Source of the DNA: Thermodesulfobacteriota bacterium
GTDB lineage: Bacteria > Desulfobacterota_D > UBA1144 > Nemesobacterales > UBA2774
Length of the DNA: 64,000 nt
Reading direction: 5' to 3'
Assembly (NCBI GenBank): GCA_963422265.1
Contig: OY729416.1
Location: forward strand, 96,001-160,000
Positions within the stretch are counted from its first letter, which is position 1; each line of letters begins with the position of its first letter. Shown here piece after piece: positions 19,283 through 28,194 of this stretch. The notes below the pieces were generated by a model. That model ran no database searches, was not told the origin of the DNA, and was given only the letters and a program-made list of their open reading frames with translations. The position numbers were made by a program, and so were the translations under genes.

Positions 19283-19783
19283 TCACTCAGACCAGCCGCT
19301 AGGATACGTCTTTGCCTTTATTATTAGACTGGCTATTTCGCCTAACGCGCCTACGCCAGCTTCGTAAGTCGCAAAATAAGAATGAGACTTAACCTCTAAT
19401 GGTGCCTCAGGGGTGACGGCTGAAAAATTGACCTTATCTACTATACAAAGGTCTGACGAATCCCTGCAGATTAAGACAATCTCAAAGTCAGAAAGGCAGC
19501 ATTCGGATTTTATCTTGGAATAAAAATTGGACTTATTAGATATCCCCTGGTGAAGCTCTACAGAGAGAGACTCGGCGACTGAAGAAATCTCCTGGGACAC
19601 GCCCTCGCAATAGGCTATGCAATTGACGCCGTTCTCAAACAGAGCACCCTTATGATTTCCGTTAATTCCTAAATCACGTGGCAGGGAGACGTCCCCGTTT
19701 ACCCCCCAGCCGCCCGCGTTGACCAAAAGTAGTTTGATCCCAGCAAGCTTTGAAACGAGATCGGCTCTTAGCTTTTGAAACAA
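19283..19783 (-). CDS. KdsC-like HAD-fold protein with a degenerate active site
   Basis: Colinear with KdsC (IKLLL..., LHQG..NK, AV..A...VK....T..AG.GA..E...LI..A), but DxD reads NAG and GDDxxD reads CRDSSD. Confidence 0.65.
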   Translation of the reverse strand: MFQKLRADLVSKLAGIKLLLVNAGGWGVNGDVSLPRDLGINGNHKGALFENGVNCIAYCEGVSQEISSVAESLSVELHQGISNKSNFYSKIKSECCLSDFEIVLICRDSSDLCIVDKVNFSAVTPEAPLEVKSHSYFATYEAGVGALGEIASLIIKAKTYPSGWSE

Positions 19784-20061
19784 AATTTCTCCCTATTACC
19801 CATCCGAAAATTATACGTTTCCGACGCCATGGCGCGCATAATATGCAATTGGATAGAATAACCAATTATGAGCAAGCGAGGAAACTTCTTAATATATGCC
19901 TGCATATAGATCATACACATCACTCACGCTAAGGCAAAGTAGTCCTGTATGACCACCACGCACCTTTATTTATCGCATACGAGTATGTATTATACATCTG
20001 ACGTCAATTCATGATTTCCTTGCTAAATATAGCCATACCCTTTTATAAATAAAATAAAGCT

Positions 20062-20943
20062 ATGAAGAAATTAATACAAAAAGCACAGACTTTGGTAGAG
20101 GCTCTTCCCTACATTAAAGAGTTTCACGGTAAGACCATAGTCGTTAAATACGGCGGGAGCGTGGGCAATGAAGACCTCTATGACTTTGCGCGAGACGTAG
20201 TTCTGATGAAATACGTCGGCATTCACCCAGTCGTAGTACATGGGGGTGGACCACAGATAGGCATACACCTAAAAAAGCTCGGTATAGAAACTGAGTTCGT
20301 CGCCGGATTAAGGGTTACGAATGAGAAAATTATGGAAGTAGCCGAGATGGTGCTTGTTGGAAAAATCAATCAGAAAATAATTGAGGCTATAAATTCAATG
20401 GGAGGGAAAGCCGTAGGAACCTCGGGGAAAGAGGGAAAAATGATAATGGCGAAGAAGCTAGACCTGCAAAAGCTAGCTAAGGAAAACGGCCTAGAGGTTA
20501 CTGCAAACTCCGACCTTGGAATGGTAGGCGAGGTGGAGGCGATAAATCCTGATTTAATAAAAGTGCTGGAGAGTTCAGGTTTTATCCCCGTTATAGCCCC
20601 TATTGGGTTTGACGAGCGGGGAAGCACTTATAACGTCAACGCGGACCACGTGGCGGGGAAAATCGCTGGGGCGATAAATGCGATAAAGCTGATACTGCTC
20701 ACGAACGTCTCCGGTATAATGGACGAGAACGGCGAGCTTATATCAAGCCTGACCGAATTGCAAGCTAATAAGCTGATTAAAAACAAAGTAATATCAAGCG
20801 GTATGATACCTAAGGTGATGTGCGCCTTAGGAGCGCTTCACGAAGGAGTAAGCAAGGTGCACGTTATTGACGGCAGGGTAGATCATTCGTTAATACTAGA
20901 AGTATTTACAGATGCCGGGGTAGGAACGGAAATATTACTATGA
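20062..20943 (+). CDS. argB: Acetylglutamate kinase
   Basis: VVKYGG, VHGGGPQI, GLRVT, NVNAD and GMIPKV motifs. Confidence 0.97.
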   Translation: MKKLIQKAQTLVEALPYIKEFHGKTIVVKYGGSVGNEDLYDFARDVVLMKYVGIHPVVVHGGGPQIGIHLKKLGIETEFVAGLRVTNEKIMEVAEMVLVGKINQKIIEAINSMGGKAVGTSGKEGKMIMAKKLDLQKLAKENGLEVTANSDLGMVGEVEAINPDLIKVLESSGFIPVIAPIGFDERGSTYNVNADHVAGKIAGAINAIKLILLTNVSGIMDENGELISSLTELQANKLIKNKVISSGMIPKVMCALGALHEGVSKVHVIDGRVDHSLILEVFTDAGVGTEILL

Positions 20944-22145
20944 GCACGCGGGAAGTAGTATCTGACGCCACCAGATACCTGATAAACGCTTATAATCGTT
21001 ATCCTATAGCAATGGTTAAGGGCAAGGGATGCTGGGTTTGGGACGCTGACGGGAAAAAATATCTAGATTTTGCGACGGGCATAGCCGTAAATAACCTGGG
21101 ACACTGCCACCCGGCAGTAACTAAGGCAATTAGAGAGCAGGCGAAAAGCCTTGTTCACGTCTCTAATCTTTACAACGTCGAGGCGCAAGCTCAGTTTGCG
21201 AAAACTCTGGTGGAGAACAGCTTTGCTGATAAGGTTTTCTTTTGCAACAGCGGCGCTGAAGCGAATGAGGGGGCTATAAAACTCGCAAGAAAATGGGGAT
21301 ACGCAACTGGTGGCAGATACAAAATTATCCATGCAGCGGATTCTTTTCATGGGAGAACTTTGGGCGCCTTGAGTGCAACCAACGAGAAATACCAAGAAGG
21401 GTTCAAACCCCTTGTGAGCGGATTTAAGTCCGTTGCTTACGGCGAAATCGAGTCCCTTGAGAAAGCACTTGAGGACAAAAAAGTATGCGCCCTTATTCTC
21501 GAGCCTATACAGGGAGAAAACGGCGTCATAATCCCGGACGATGAATACGTCAAGAGGGCGCGAAGGCTCTGCACAGAGAATAACGTCCTTTTGATCCTTG
21601 ACGAGATACAGGTCGGGATTGGCAGAACGGGAAATCTATTCGCTTATGAACACTGGGGGGGGATAAAACCCGACGTTATGACGCTTGCTAAGGCGCTGGG
21701 CGGCGGAATCCCCTGCGGAGCTTTTCTGGCGACCGATAAAGTAGCCAAACACCTAAAGCCGGGAGACCATGGAACTACGCTGGGTGGTAATCCGCTCGCA
21801 ATGAGAGCTGGACAAGCCGTAATTAAGGAGATCCTCAACGGCGAATTGCTTAATTACGTAAGGAGTGCCGGAGAATACTTTCTCCAAAAGATCAACGCCT
21901 TAAAAGACAAATATGGAGAATTCATAAAAGACGTGAGGGGTAGGGGACTAATAATCGGCATAGAATTTAAGGACGAAGAAACCGCAAATAAAGTAGTTGG
22001 GAAAAGCATGGAAGCAGGACTGCTGACTATACTGACTGAGCGAAGAGTAATGCGAATCCTGCCACCGCTCATTGTAAAAGAAAAAGAAATTGACTATGCG
22101 ATTAAAAAAATTTGGAAGTCCCTAAAAGAGGTGGCTGATGGCTAA
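20940..22145 (+). CDS. argD: Acetylornithine aminotransferase
   Basis: NSGAEANE, SFHGRT, EPIQGE, DEIQVGIGRTG and AKALGGG motifs; arg operon context. Confidence 0.95.
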   Translation: MSTREVVSDATRYLINAYNRYPIAMVKGKGCWVWDADGKKYLDFATGIAVNNLGHCHPAVTKAIREQAKSLVHVSNLYNVEAQAQFAKTLVENSFADKVFFCNSGAEANEGAIKLARKWGYATGGRYKIIHAADSFHGRTLGALSATNEKYQEGFKPLVSGFKSVAYGEIESLEKALEDKKVCALILEPIQGENGVIIPDDEYVKRARRLCTENNVLLILDEIQVGIGRTGNLFAYEHWGGIKPDVMTLAKALGGGIPCGAFLATDKVAKHLKPGDHGTTLGGNPLAMRAGQAVIKEILNGELLNYVRSAGEYFLQKINALKDKYGEFIKDVRGRGLIIGIEFKDEETANKVVGKSMEAGLLTILTERRVMRILPPLIVKEKEIDYAIKKIWKSLKEVADG

Positions 22146-23055
22146 ACACTTTCTTAGCGTCTTTGACCTAACCAAGAAAGACTTTGAGTTTCTTTTCAAA
22201 AGAGCATCTGAACTAAAGGCTGAGAAGAAAGCTGATAAGAGAAATCGAGCACTCGAGGGAAAATCCATAGGTATGATATTTGAAAAGCTTTCAACTAGGA
22301 CACGGGTTTCCTTCGAGGTCGGTATCAACGATCTAGGTGCTAACGCCTTATATATGAACCCGAATGATATGCAGCTAGGAAGGGGCGAGACCATAGCCGA
22401 TACGGCTAAAATCCTTTCTTCATATTTAGACGGGGTAATAATAAGAACCTATGAGCAGGAAAGGATTGAGGAATTCGCCAGCAACTCATCTATTCCTGTA
22501 ATAAACGCCCTGACTGACCTTGGTCACCCAACCCAAATTGTCTCAGACCTCTTCACAATCACGGAACAGGGGGCTAGGCTGAGCGATATAAAGCTGGCAT
22601 ACCTGGGGGACGGAAATAATATAGCCAACTCGTTTATAGGGGCAGCGGCTATCTTGGGCTTTAACCTTACTATAGCCGCGCCTAGGAGCTATGAGCCAAA
22701 CCCTGAAATTCTAAACAAGGCTAAGGGTGTGCGTAACGAAGGGATTGAGATATTAAGCGACCCACAAGAAGCCGCTCGCGAGGCGGACGTACTATATACG
22801 GACGTCTGGTTCAGTATGGGACAGGAAAAAGACCCAAGCAAGCTAACCGCACTTAGACCTTACCAGATAAACAAGGAGATGTTGTCAATAGCGAAACCCG
22901 GCGCATACGTAATGCACTGCCTGCCTGCGCACAGGGGCGAGGAAATCACCGATGAGGTAATGGAGGGACCAAACTCCATAATTTTTGAGCAGGCAGAAAA
23001 TAAACTGCATGCAGGAAAGGCGATATTAGAGATGTTTTTGAAGGGGGGTAACTAG
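22138..23055 (+). CDS. argF: Ornithine carbamoyltransferase
   Basis: STRTRVSF, HPTQ, TDVWFSMG and HCLPAHRG motifs. Confidence 0.97.
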   Translation: MAKHFLSVFDLTKKDFEFLFKRASELKAEKKADKRNRALEGKSIGMIFEKLSTRTRVSFEVGINDLGANALYMNPNDMQLGRGETIADTAKILSSYLDGVIIRTYEQERIEEFASNSSIPVINALTDLGHPTQIVSDLFTITEQGARLSDIKLAYLGDGNNIANSFIGAAAILGFNLTIAAPRSYEPNPEILNKAKGVRNEGIEILSDPQEAAREADVLYTDVWFSMGQEKDPSKLTALRPYQINKEMLSIAKPGAYVMHCLPAHRGEEITDEVMEGPNSIIFEQAENKLHAGKAILEMFLKGGN

Positions 23056-23082
23056 TAACAAAAGGCTCGTCGTCCACTCCTA

Positions 23083-23114
23083 GTATGGACATATCCGCGT
23101 ATGGACATATCCGC
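23083..23114. repeat. Perfect 16-bp tandem duplication GTATGGACATATCCGC x2
   Basis: Read directly in the convergent argF/cofH gap. Confidence 0.95.
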
Positions 23115-23139
23115 AGATCTTCTAATAAGCCCTAATTCT

Positions 23140-24360
23140 CTATGCGGCACTGACTGCCGCTCTGTTAGACTCAAATACCTGACGTATACCGTAGGTAGTG
23201 TTTCTTTCCGCGGGTATGCGTCCTATTTCTTCGGTAAGCCTTCTAAACTCCTCTGGTGGAAAATACTGTCCATAGCTTGCCCCAGCGGAGCGTGATATTT
23301 GCTCTTCCATAAGCGTCCCCCCAAAATCGTTCGCCCCCGCCGTGAGGGAGAATTGTGCGAATTCAGGTCCCTGTTTTACCCACGAAACTTGTATGTTGTT
23401 TATCCATCCCCTCAACATCAGCCTTGAAACCCCATACATCTTGAGCTGATCAATATCCGTAGGGCCCTCGGCGACCTTTCCCTTGGAATGCTGAAAAAGC
23501 CTAGTATTCCATGGGATAAACCGTAGGGGCACGAATTCCGTGAACCCACCGGTCTCCTTCTGTATGTCTCTTAAAATACCGATGTGCTCCGCCCAGTGGT
23601 GGGGCTCGTCAACGTGACCATACATAATGGTAGAAGTAGTGCGCATACCCGACCTATGAGCTTTCTTTACAATCCTGATCCATGCCTCGGTAGGCATTTT
23701 TCTGGGAGCTATGATTTTCCTTACTTCCTCTACGAGTATTTCGGCCGCCGTTCCGGGAAAGGTATCGTGCCCTGCGTCTTTGAGCATCTCAATAAATTCT
23801 TCTTCGCTTATGCCGAGCGTCTCGGCACCGTAGTATATCTCAAAAGGAGAAAAGGCGTGTGTGTGCATCTGCGGCACGGCTTTTTTAACCGCCCTTACAA
23901 GCTCTACATAGAAATTACCGTCAATGTCAGGGTGCATTCCCCCCTGCATACATACCTCAGTAGCGCCGATCTCCCATGCTTCCCTCACCCTGTCAGCAAT
24001 CTCATCCATGGTAAGAAAGTACGCCCTTTCATCCCCCTCCGGAGCCATAAAATTACAAAACCCGCAGTAGGTATTGCACACGTTCGTAAAGTTGATATTC
24101 CTGTTTACGACGTAGGTAACCACGTCTCCGACGTCCTCTCTTCTTATTTCATCGGCAGTTATAGCCAAAGCCGATAGGTCATCCATGCTATCTATATTAA
24201 AAAGTCCCTCAGCCTCTTTAACGGAAATTTCCTCGCCGACGAGTGCCTTGTGCAGAACGCGGGCGGTAGAAACACTCACTCCTGCCTTAGACAAAAGATT
24301 ATCCAATCCCCTGGCTCTGTTCTCTTCGATCCTATCTATAGCCTCTTTAATGCGATTCAT
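23140..24360 (-). CDS. cofH: FO synthase subunit CofH (radical SAM)
   Basis: NRNINFTNVCNTYCGFC, PGTAAEIL, NIQVSWVK and GANDFGGTLMEEQISRSAG motifs; adjacent to cofG. ATG 24360 has a GAGGAGG SD. Confidence 0.88.
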   Translation of the reverse strand: MNRIKEAIDRIEENRARGLDNLLSKAGVSVSTARVLHKALVGEEISVKEAEGLFNIDSMDDLSALAITADEIRREDVGDVVTYVVNRNINFTNVCNTYCGFCNFMAPEGDERAYFLTMDEIADRVREAWEIGATEVCMQGGMHPDIDGNFYVELVRAVKKAVPQMHTHAFSPFEIYYGAETLGISEEEFIEMLKDAGHDTFPGTAAEILVEEVRKIIAPRKMPTEAWIRIVKKAHRSGMRTTSTIMYGHVDEPHHWAEHIGILRDIQKETGGFTEFVPLRFIPWNTRLFQHSKGKVAEGPTDIDQLKMYGVSRLMLRGWINNIQVSWVKQGPEFAQFSLTAGANDFGGTLMEEQISRSAGASYGQYFPPEEFRRLTEEIGRIPAERNTTYGIRQVFESNRAAVSAA

Positions 24361-25639
24361 TGAACGCCTCCTCGGATGGAACGTAGCCCTCGTCGTCAAC
24401 AAAACTTTTTACCTGCGTAAGCAGACCCTCTTCAATAAACTCCCTATCTATGTATTCAGGATAAACTGGAAGCCTCTCCTTTAGCGTAAATCCGATCTCA
24501 TGCACCAGCTCGGTCATTTTTGTAAGCTTAGGCCATGGGGCTTCGGGATTAACGTAATCTATTGTAACCGGCGATACCCCGCCAAGATCGTTAATTCCAG
24601 CGTGAATAAACAAAGGGTAAGTCTCGGGGTTAAGGTTAGGGGGAACCTGTATGTTCATCTTCTCACCAAATATAAGCCTTGATACAGCTACTATTTTCAG
24701 CATCTCTATAAAAGAAGGCGGGGGGTAGCTCTCCATAATAATACCTTCCTTTGGACTGAAGTTCTGAATTATGATTTCCTGAATATGTCCATATTCATCG
24801 TTTAGACGTCTAAGGGCAAATAGGGAGTCTATCCTTTCATCCCACGTCTCACCAATTCCCACAAGAATCCCTGACGTCCAAGGCACTCGTAAATCCCCAG
24901 CCAATTCCATAGTTTTCATTCTGAGTTTGGGAACCTTATCAGGACACCGATGATGAGCCTCGTCCTTGTAAAGCAGCCTTGTGCTTATATTCTCAAGCAT
25001 AAGTCCCATGCTCGGATTAGACCTTCTAAACGCGAGGAGCTCCTCACGCGTAGCCAGACCAAGATTCGTGTGAGGGAATATATTATGCTTAAGTCCTACT
25101 TCACCCATCGCAGCTAAATACGCAGCCGTTGTTTCATAACCCAGTCGTCTAAGCGCCTCACGGTAAGACGGGTATTTGAGTTCGGGTTTGTCTCCAGTTA
25201 CAAAAAGCAGCTCGGTGCAGCCTAAATGAGCGCCCTTCCTCGCCATATCCAGCACTTCATCGGGTTTCATAAATAGGGGACCTTCCGTCGGCTCGTACTT
25301 AAAAGTGCAATAACCGCAGTGATTTCGGCAAAGCTGCGTAAGGGGGACAAAAACGTTCTTAGAGAAGGTGAGCGTTTGTCCCTTGCCTCGATCTCTTAAT
25401 CTTGACGCTACAAAAAGGAGCGCTGGAATTTCTTCTTCACTTATATCAATCAGCTTAAGCGCTTCTTCCCTGTTTATAAGCCTACCGTCATCCGCCTTAT
25501 TCAGTATAGTCCGAATCCCTTTGGATAACCTGATCTTAGGGGCGTTGCTAAGATCTAAAAACCGGAATACACGACTAGAATCCGATGCCTCCGCGCTACC
25601 TCCACGTGCATTATCTCTACACATGCTATTCGCACACAC
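24347..25639 (-). CDS. cofG: FO synthase subunit CofG (radical SAM)
   Basis: FSKNVFVPLTQLCRNHCGYC, SMGLMLE, PDK.P, GHIQEIIIQNF, QVPPNL and GGVSPVTIDYVNPEAPWP motifs. Exact start is uncertain. Confidence 0.92.
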   Translation of the reverse strand: MCANSMCRDNARGGSAEASDSSRVFRFLDLSNAPKIRLSKGIRTILNKADDGRLINREEALKLIDISEEEIPALLFVASRLRDRGKGQTLTFSKNVFVPLTQLCRNHCGYCTFKYEPTEGPLFMKPDEVLDMARKGAHLGCTELLFVTGDKPELKYPSYREALRRLGYETTAAYLAAMGEVGLKHNIFPHTNLGLATREELLAFRRSNPSMGLMLENISTRLLYKDEAHHRCPDKVPKLRMKTMELAGDLRVPWTSGILVGIGETWDERIDSLFALRRLNDEYGHIQEIIIQNFSPKEGIIMESYPPPSFIEMLKIVAVSRLIFGEKMNIQVPPNLNPETYPLFIHAGINDLGGVSPVTIDYVNPEAPWPKLTKMTELVHEIGFTLKERLPVYPEYIDREFIEEGLLTQVKSFVDDEGYVPSEEAFNESH

Positions 25640-25692
25640 TTTGTTCAGTCCTTTTGTTCAATCCTTACCCACAAGAAATCAATTCCATCAAG

Positions 25693-25710
25693 CTACTCTA
25701 GCTAGAGTAG
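25693..25710. promoter_or_regulatory. Perfect 18-bp palindrome CTACTCTAGCTAGAGTAG; candidate operator for cofGH
   Basis: Self-complementary; ~55 bp upstream of cofG and downstream of a minus-strand TTGACA (25744-25739). Confidence 0.55.
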
Positions 25711-25756
25711 TATAATGTTCACACAAAGATAATAAACTTGTCAAGCCCCTATGCAG

Positions 25757-25925
25757 AATTCCTGCCCCTGCTTAGTACATACAGGGACATGCTTACGCAG
25801 GAATGACGGACGGGGGTATGGATTCCCGCCCTTTCCATCATTTGTAGGGGTAACCCTCGTGGTTACCCACCACCCTTGCACCATAGGGCCTTGCGCCATA
25901 GGGCGACCACAAGGATCGCCCCTAC
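25757..25925. repeat. Nested ATTCCTGC..GCAGGAATGAC hairpin plus GTAG...CTAC REPIN-like pair (25844-25925)
   Basis: GTAGGGGTAACCCTCGTGGTTACCC ... GGGCGACCACAAGGATCGCCCCTAC; the junction resembles 38765-38833. Confidence 0.9.
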
Positions 25926-26098
25926 AGAAAAAGAGAATATTCATAAGGTATGGTCGCTAGGTCGGGCGATTGATGTTATAATAGCAACGATCACTAGGAA
26001 TGATAATCCACAGTATCCAATCTGCGTTAATATGCAGATATATCCTTAAGTCGGATGTATGCTTAAAGCAGATATATGCTTGAAAAGGAGGAGATGCA

Positions 26099-26377
26099 AT
26101 GGCGCTTTTGTCCGAGTCTGAAATAACGGATGGTTTGAGAGATATAGCGGGCTGGGGGAGCGAGAAAAATGAGATTATAAAGGAATACAAATTTAAGAAT
26201 TTCGTGGAATCCATTGGATTCGTAAATAAGGTCTCAATACTGGCTGAAAAATGGGATCACCATCCTGATATTCTGATTCGTTATAATAAAGTCAATATAG
26301 TTTTATCAACCCACAGTGAAGGCGGCGTAACCGTTAGGGATTTAGCTTTGGCAAGGGAGATCGAAGATATAGCTTGA
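26099..26377 (+). CDS. phhB: Pterin-4-alpha-carbinolamine dehydratase
   Basis: AEKWDHHPDI and STHSEGGVT..D motifs; strong AGGAGG SD. Confidence 0.92.
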   Translation: MALLSESEITDGLRDIAGWGSEKNEIIKEYKFKNFVESIGFVNKVSILAEKWDHHPDILIRYNKVNIVLSTHSEGGVTVRDLALAREIEDIA

Positions 26378-26384
26378 GCGCTTC

Positions 26385-26660
26385 TTAAGGCTTTTTCTCA
26401 TTTTTAAGAATTTTGTATTCGTCTTCTTCTAGTATAACGGTTCTTCCATCCTGGCTCATTTTTCTGGTTTTCCTCTTCTTGTCTGATGAGAAAAAACGGA
26501 TGATGCCAAATATCAGCATCGCTGCGCTGATCACAATACCGATAAAGAAACCAAAGATAGCCAATACGCTGAATATAACTATTCCGAGCAGTAACGCCAT
26601 TGGTAAAAGGTAGAAAGGCGGCTTGCCATTATGGAAATAAACCCTGCGATTAGCTTTCAT
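26385..26660 (-). CDS. Small membrane protein of unknown function
   Basis: Long hydrophobic stretch followed by a charged tail; GGAG SD. Confidence 0.65.
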   Translation of the reverse strand: MKANRRVYFHNGKPPFYLLPMALLLGIVIFSVLAIFGFFIGIVISAAMLIFGIIRFFSSDKKRKTRKMSQDGRTVILEEDEYKILKNEKKP

Positions 26661-26866
26661 CTTTTCTCCGCATCTATAATCTTAGAATAATAGCTATAAT
26701 CTTAAAACAATACACAAAGCAGTTTACCCGTTAATAATGAGAATTATAAGCCTCTAAATAGACTGCGTATGAGTAACGTAGTCTCTGATCACGTTTATCT
26801 GGTCATTGTAATGAGGCGCGGGTAGGATTATACGGATTAAAAGGGCATATTATCGGGTTGTAATAT

Positions 26867-27703
26867 ATGAAATTCGGGGCTCACGTGTCAATATCAGGGG
26901 GGATTGATAAAGCACCTGGGAGAGCTTTTGACCTTGGATGCGAGTGCTTTCAGATATTCACTAGATCGCCGCGAGGGGGCAAGCCATCTGAGCTAAACGA
27001 GAATCTGTTGGATTCGTTTTTGAGCAACTGCGCTAAGCATGGATTCGCTGATTATTACGTACACGCACCTTATTACGTCAACCTATCTTCAGATAATAAA
27101 GAGGTAAGGCGTTCATCTATAGAGATAATAAAAGAAGAGCTTAAAAGAAGCAGTCTCCTGGGGGCTAATTATGTAATGACTCATTTGGGGAGTGCAGGGA
27201 ATGCGAGCAGGAGCGGTGCGGTGCAAATACTCGCGTCTAGTTTAAGGGAGGTGCTTGAGGGCTATGAATGTGAAACCAAGCTTCTTTTGGAAAACTCCGC
27301 TGGACAGGGAGGCACTGTTGGAGATAGATTTGAGGAACTAGCCTACGTTATAGATGAAGTAGGAGAGCCGTGTCTTGGGATTTGTATAGACACGGCGCAT
27401 CTTTTTGCATCGGGCTACGATCTAAGAACAAGCGAGGAACTCAAGAATATGCTATCCGAGCTCTCGCGTGTAATAGATATAAGCAGGGTAAAACTAATTC
27501 ACGGAAATGATTCAAAGGTCGGGCTGGGAGAGAGGAAAGATAGACACGAGCAGGTAGGCAAGGGCAAAATAGGGGAGAGGGGATTTAGGGCTATTGTGAA
27601 CAACCCACTTCTGAGGGGTGTGGACGTTATAGTGGAAATTCCACCGGAGAAGGTGGGGGAGGATATAAAGTTTTTGAAAAGTATGAGAGAAGGAGGAGCT
27701 TAA
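26867..27703 (+). CDS. nfo: Endonuclease IV
   Basis: GAHVSISGG, QIF, HAPYYVNL, LENSAG, DTAH and HGNDSK...DRHE motifs. Confidence 0.95.
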   Translation: MKFGAHVSISGGIDKAPGRAFDLGCECFQIFTRSPRGGKPSELNENLLDSFLSNCAKHGFADYYVHAPYYVNLSSDNKEVRRSSIEIIKEELKRSSLLGANYVMTHLGSAGNASRSGAVQILASSLREVLEGYECETKLLLENSAGQGGTVGDRFEELAYVIDEVGEPCLGICIDTAHLFASGYDLRTSEELKNMLSELSRVIDISRVKLIHGNDSKVGLGERKDRHEQVGKGKIGERGFRAIVNNPLLRGVDVIVEIPPEKVGEDIKFLKSMREGGA

Positions 27704-27705
27704 CA

Positions 27706-28167
27706 ATGTCCAGCATATTAAAAGTTGGAGACAGGGCGCCCGATATAGAGGCTGAGACCTACGGTGGAGAGAAGATAAGGCTAAGCGGCTACGAAGGAGA
27801 TAAACATATAGCGCTTTACTTTTACCCAAGGGACAACACCGGCACTTGCACAAAAGAAGCGTGCTCTATGAGGGATGGTATGCAGGGGCTTGAAAAGCTT
27901 GACGTTCAAGTACTGGGTGTAAGCACTGACAGCGTCAGATCCCATGAGGGTTTTAGAAATAAGCACAATCTCAATTTTCCGCTTCTGAGTGATAAAAGCA
28001 GGGAAATCATCAAAGCATACGGGGTAGAGAGCGCATATGGCTCGGCGAAGAGGACGACTTTTTTAATAGATAAGTCTGGAGTAATAAGATATATATGGCT
28101 AAAGGTAAAAGCCTCTCAACACGCAGAGGAAGTAGCTGAAAAGGTAAAAGAGTTGGGTTTGAACTGA
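27706..28167 (+). CDS. bcp: Peroxiredoxin (BCP/PrxQ)
   Basis: LYFYPRD..TCTKEAC, LLSD and RTTFLID motifs. Confidence 0.92.
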   Translation: MSSILKVGDRAPDIEAETYGGEKIRLSGYEGDKHIALYFYPRDNTGTCTKEACSMRDGMQGLEKLDVQVLGVSTDSVRSHEGFRNKHNLNFPLLSDKSREIIKAYGVESAYGSAKRTTFLIDKSGVIRYIWLKVKASQHAEEVAEKVKELGLN

Positions 28168-28194
28168 TGAGCACTTAGGGATTAGGTAACTTTC

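Noticed and set aside
19830-20000. AT-rich palindromes upstream of argB as ARG boxes
   Set aside because: Half-site spacing does not fit the ArgR consensus and no paired boxes are evident.
23584-24177. Long antisense ORFs (197 aa here, 179 aa at 32267-32806, 156 aa at 47943-48413 and many shorter ones)
   Set aside because: They lie wholly opposite well-supported genes and are shadow frames.
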